Source of the DNA: Tricharina praecox
Lineage: Eukaryota
Assembly: GCF_024521635.1 (NCBI RefSeq)
Contig: NW_026250408.1
Coordinates: forward strand, 310,001 to 374,000
Length of the DNA: 64,000 nt
Direction of reading: 5' to 3'
Below, piece after piece: positions 61,833 to 64,000 of this stretch. The notes below the pieces were generated by a model, which did no database searches, was not told the DNA's origin, and worked only from the letters and a program-made list of their open reading frames with translations. The translations under genes were made by a program, and so were the position numbers. Every line of letters starts with the position of its first letter. Position 1 is the stretch's first letter.

Positions 61833-62147
61833 TCAAGCTTTAACACAAGCCGCACATCCCCTATGTCCACAAGCCCAGCAGGCATTATTATACGCGGTAC
61901 CGCACATGCAGCAGTAGAAGCCACCGGTAGCACTTTTACCAGTAGCACTTTCACCGGTACTATCACTATCACTGGCACTATTACTTCCACCGCTACCGCC
62001 CGGCTTCGTAACAGGTGTGGGCTGTGCAGGCGAGGGCCGCGGCTTCGTGGGCGGCTTCGTGGGCGGCTTCGTGGGCGGCTTCGTGGGCGGCTTCGTGGGA
62101 GGAGGGGGGGCGCGAATGATGGGGCAGGGGTCGAAGACGGGGGCCAT
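61833..62147 (-). CDS. Small protein: (PTKP)n repeats, Gly/Ser linker, C-terminal double zinc-ribbon-like Cys cluster
   Basis: accATGG start; GGFYCCMCGTAYNNACWACGHRGCAAC. Confidence 0.7.
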   Translation of the reverse strand: MAPVFDPCPIIRAPPPPTKPPTKPPTKPPTKPPTKPRPSPAQPTPVTKPGGSGGSNSASDSDSTGESATGKSATGGFYCCMCGTAYNNACWACGHRGCAACVKA

Positions 62148-62913
62148 GGTTGTGTAAACTACTGGAGGTTGATCGGCGCGGCGTGGGTGTTGGGGACGGC
62201 GACAGAGGACGGTGAATGGGGGAGTTTATAGACGGCCGCGGGAAACGTCACGAATCGGAACCGGCAACATCCAAATTGAATGGATCGTGATACCAAACGC
62301 CTGTGGTCACTGGTGGGCTACATGTCGAAGGACGCTTCCGTTTCGACTTTCGGATGGATGCCGGACGTGGGCTCGGGACCAAGTCAAGCTCTATCGTATA
62401 GGTGCCCATTTGGAGAGTGGAGAGTGGGGGATGTTTGCAACCCGAGTCCACAAACAGACCAAGAGTATCAGGCAGGAAAAATGCGTGCTCTGGTATCATT
62501 CTATCGATGGTTGCAGACACCAGACACTTATCCACCATCACGAGGGAGAACTCGGAAGAGACATACCCAGCTCCAGCCCATTAAAGGCATGAGCTTTGGC
62601 AAAGCCCGTTTGCATCCAGGATCGAAGAGGTTATATAAGTAACTTCTCGAGCGCCCGAAGATTCTTCATCTTTTTTTCCCCATCCAACCCCCATTCCCAG
62701 CACAAACATTGACCAACAACTACGATGTCTCCCTCCCATCCCCGCCGGGCCCCCCGCCGGACCCCCCAACAACACTCCCGGCACGCCGGCCACGCCCAAA
62801 AGCACTCGGGTCGGAGTAGAAGACGGCTAGCTAAAATCTGTACCTAAGCAATTACAAGACGCAAAACATTCTCAAGAAGGCGCTGCCTGTCATTCCGTCG
62901 TGTGTGGATCTAA

Positions 62914-64000
62914 CTACTCTGAATCCCTCTCGCGAAGCGCATGCAACATTTCCTCCACTTCTTTGACATCCTGGCGGCTTCCTTCCGCCCATCCCGCTCT
63001 GTGCCAGCTCTTAAGGCATTCAAACGCCTCAATAGCATCGTCTCCCACCCCGCACCAGCTCTCAGACAGTGCAAGTTTAGCACCACTGAACACCTGCTTC
63101 GGCTCCGCACTCATGGCAGGTATCGTCAGGTAATCCAGAGCCATGCGGGCGAGGTCGCAGTACTGGGGAATACCCGAATGCATCCTCCAGTATTTGACGA
63201 CATCGTTAACATCATTGCGGGTTGGGGGATCCTGTTGAAATTCGTCCATGATGTCATTGTTGGCAGTGTCGTAAAGACCAAGCGCAAGGCGCTTGCGGTC
63301 CCAACGGATCCCTAGTTTCGAATCGTGAAAGTGATGGTTCAGATCTTGACTATCCGCCCCATGCAGTCGAATTGCTTGTGCTGCACTGTATCCACAGTAG
63401 GTAGTCTTCCAGATCTCTTTCACGGTGCGCTCGGCCTGCTCGATCCACTCGGGCCTTGTCTGCCACTCTTCGCGGAAATAGGCAAACCTCATGTTGGGAT
63501 GAAGTGCCATAGCCACTGCATATCCGGGGCAGAGATCAGTCTTCGAGTAGTATCTAGTAGCAGCAGATACAATGTTAAAACTATAGACAAAAACAACCGG
63601 GTAGAGTAGGTACATACTTATCCATGATGGACCAGCCATTATTGATCCTTGTGAGTAGATGTTCGTCGCTGTGGAACTGAATTTTGAGATCCTCAAGGTG
63701 AGAGAGAAGCTCATCCATCGTCGGTAGAATATCAGCCACACATCCATTGCCGTCGCGCACTTGTAGTCTGAGCGTCCACTCCTTGAACGGTTCAAGGATT
63801 TGCTTGATGCAGCGTAAAAAGTCCCAGTCCTCTGGAAACAGTCTGTCCGGGCCATCGCTATCACCGGTGGAATCTTTCAGGATGGCATCATCCACAAAAG
63901 CATCAACTGCGTCACGTAGACGAAGGGCTCTCTGAATGCTCTCGTAGTCACTCGACCAACTCGTGACATTGCCGATAAATACTGTGTAGACAGTTTCATC
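62914..64000 (-). mobile_element. hAT-superfamily transposase, C-terminal part (continues beyond the window), probably inactive
   Basis: TSWSS (TRWNS-like), ILEPFKEWT, KYY...ALHP, dimerisation domain DLARMALDYLTIPAMSAEPKQVFS (catalytic E of ERxFS replaced by K). Intron 63617-63554 joins the two ORFs. Confidence 0.88.

Overview
Eukaryotic DNA from a filamentous ascomycete (short GT-AG introns with CTRAC branch sites). Repeat copies show scattered, largely CpG-type C>T changes and no RIP-type AT enrichment, which suggests a lineage without RIP such as Pezizomycetes (inference). Host genes: a secreted tyrosinase-like protein, a TPR + DUF4470-like gene, an SDR, tRNA-Arg(TCT), two paralogous CE12/SGNH acetylesterases, two paralogues of an orphan zinc-finger family, small Cys-rich proteins and a duplicated micro-exon-array gene. 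An ~18.3 kb nest of Ty3/Gypsy chromoviruses (22326-40608) starts 158 bp upstream of the tRNA gene. It holds one full-length family-A element, one truncated A copy, many A-LTR fragments, one full-length but stop-inactivated family-B element and a 409-bp TRIM. All three LTR families carry Tf1-type self-priming sequences rather than tRNA primer-binding sites. The most novel signal is the TRIM (31805-32213): a tRNA-type RNA polymerase III promoter split between LTR (A box) and internal region (B box), whose predicted start site coincides with the 5' end of its self-primer. A decayed hAT transposase runs off the right end. All calls are by eye from sequence and ORF track; no database searches were run.
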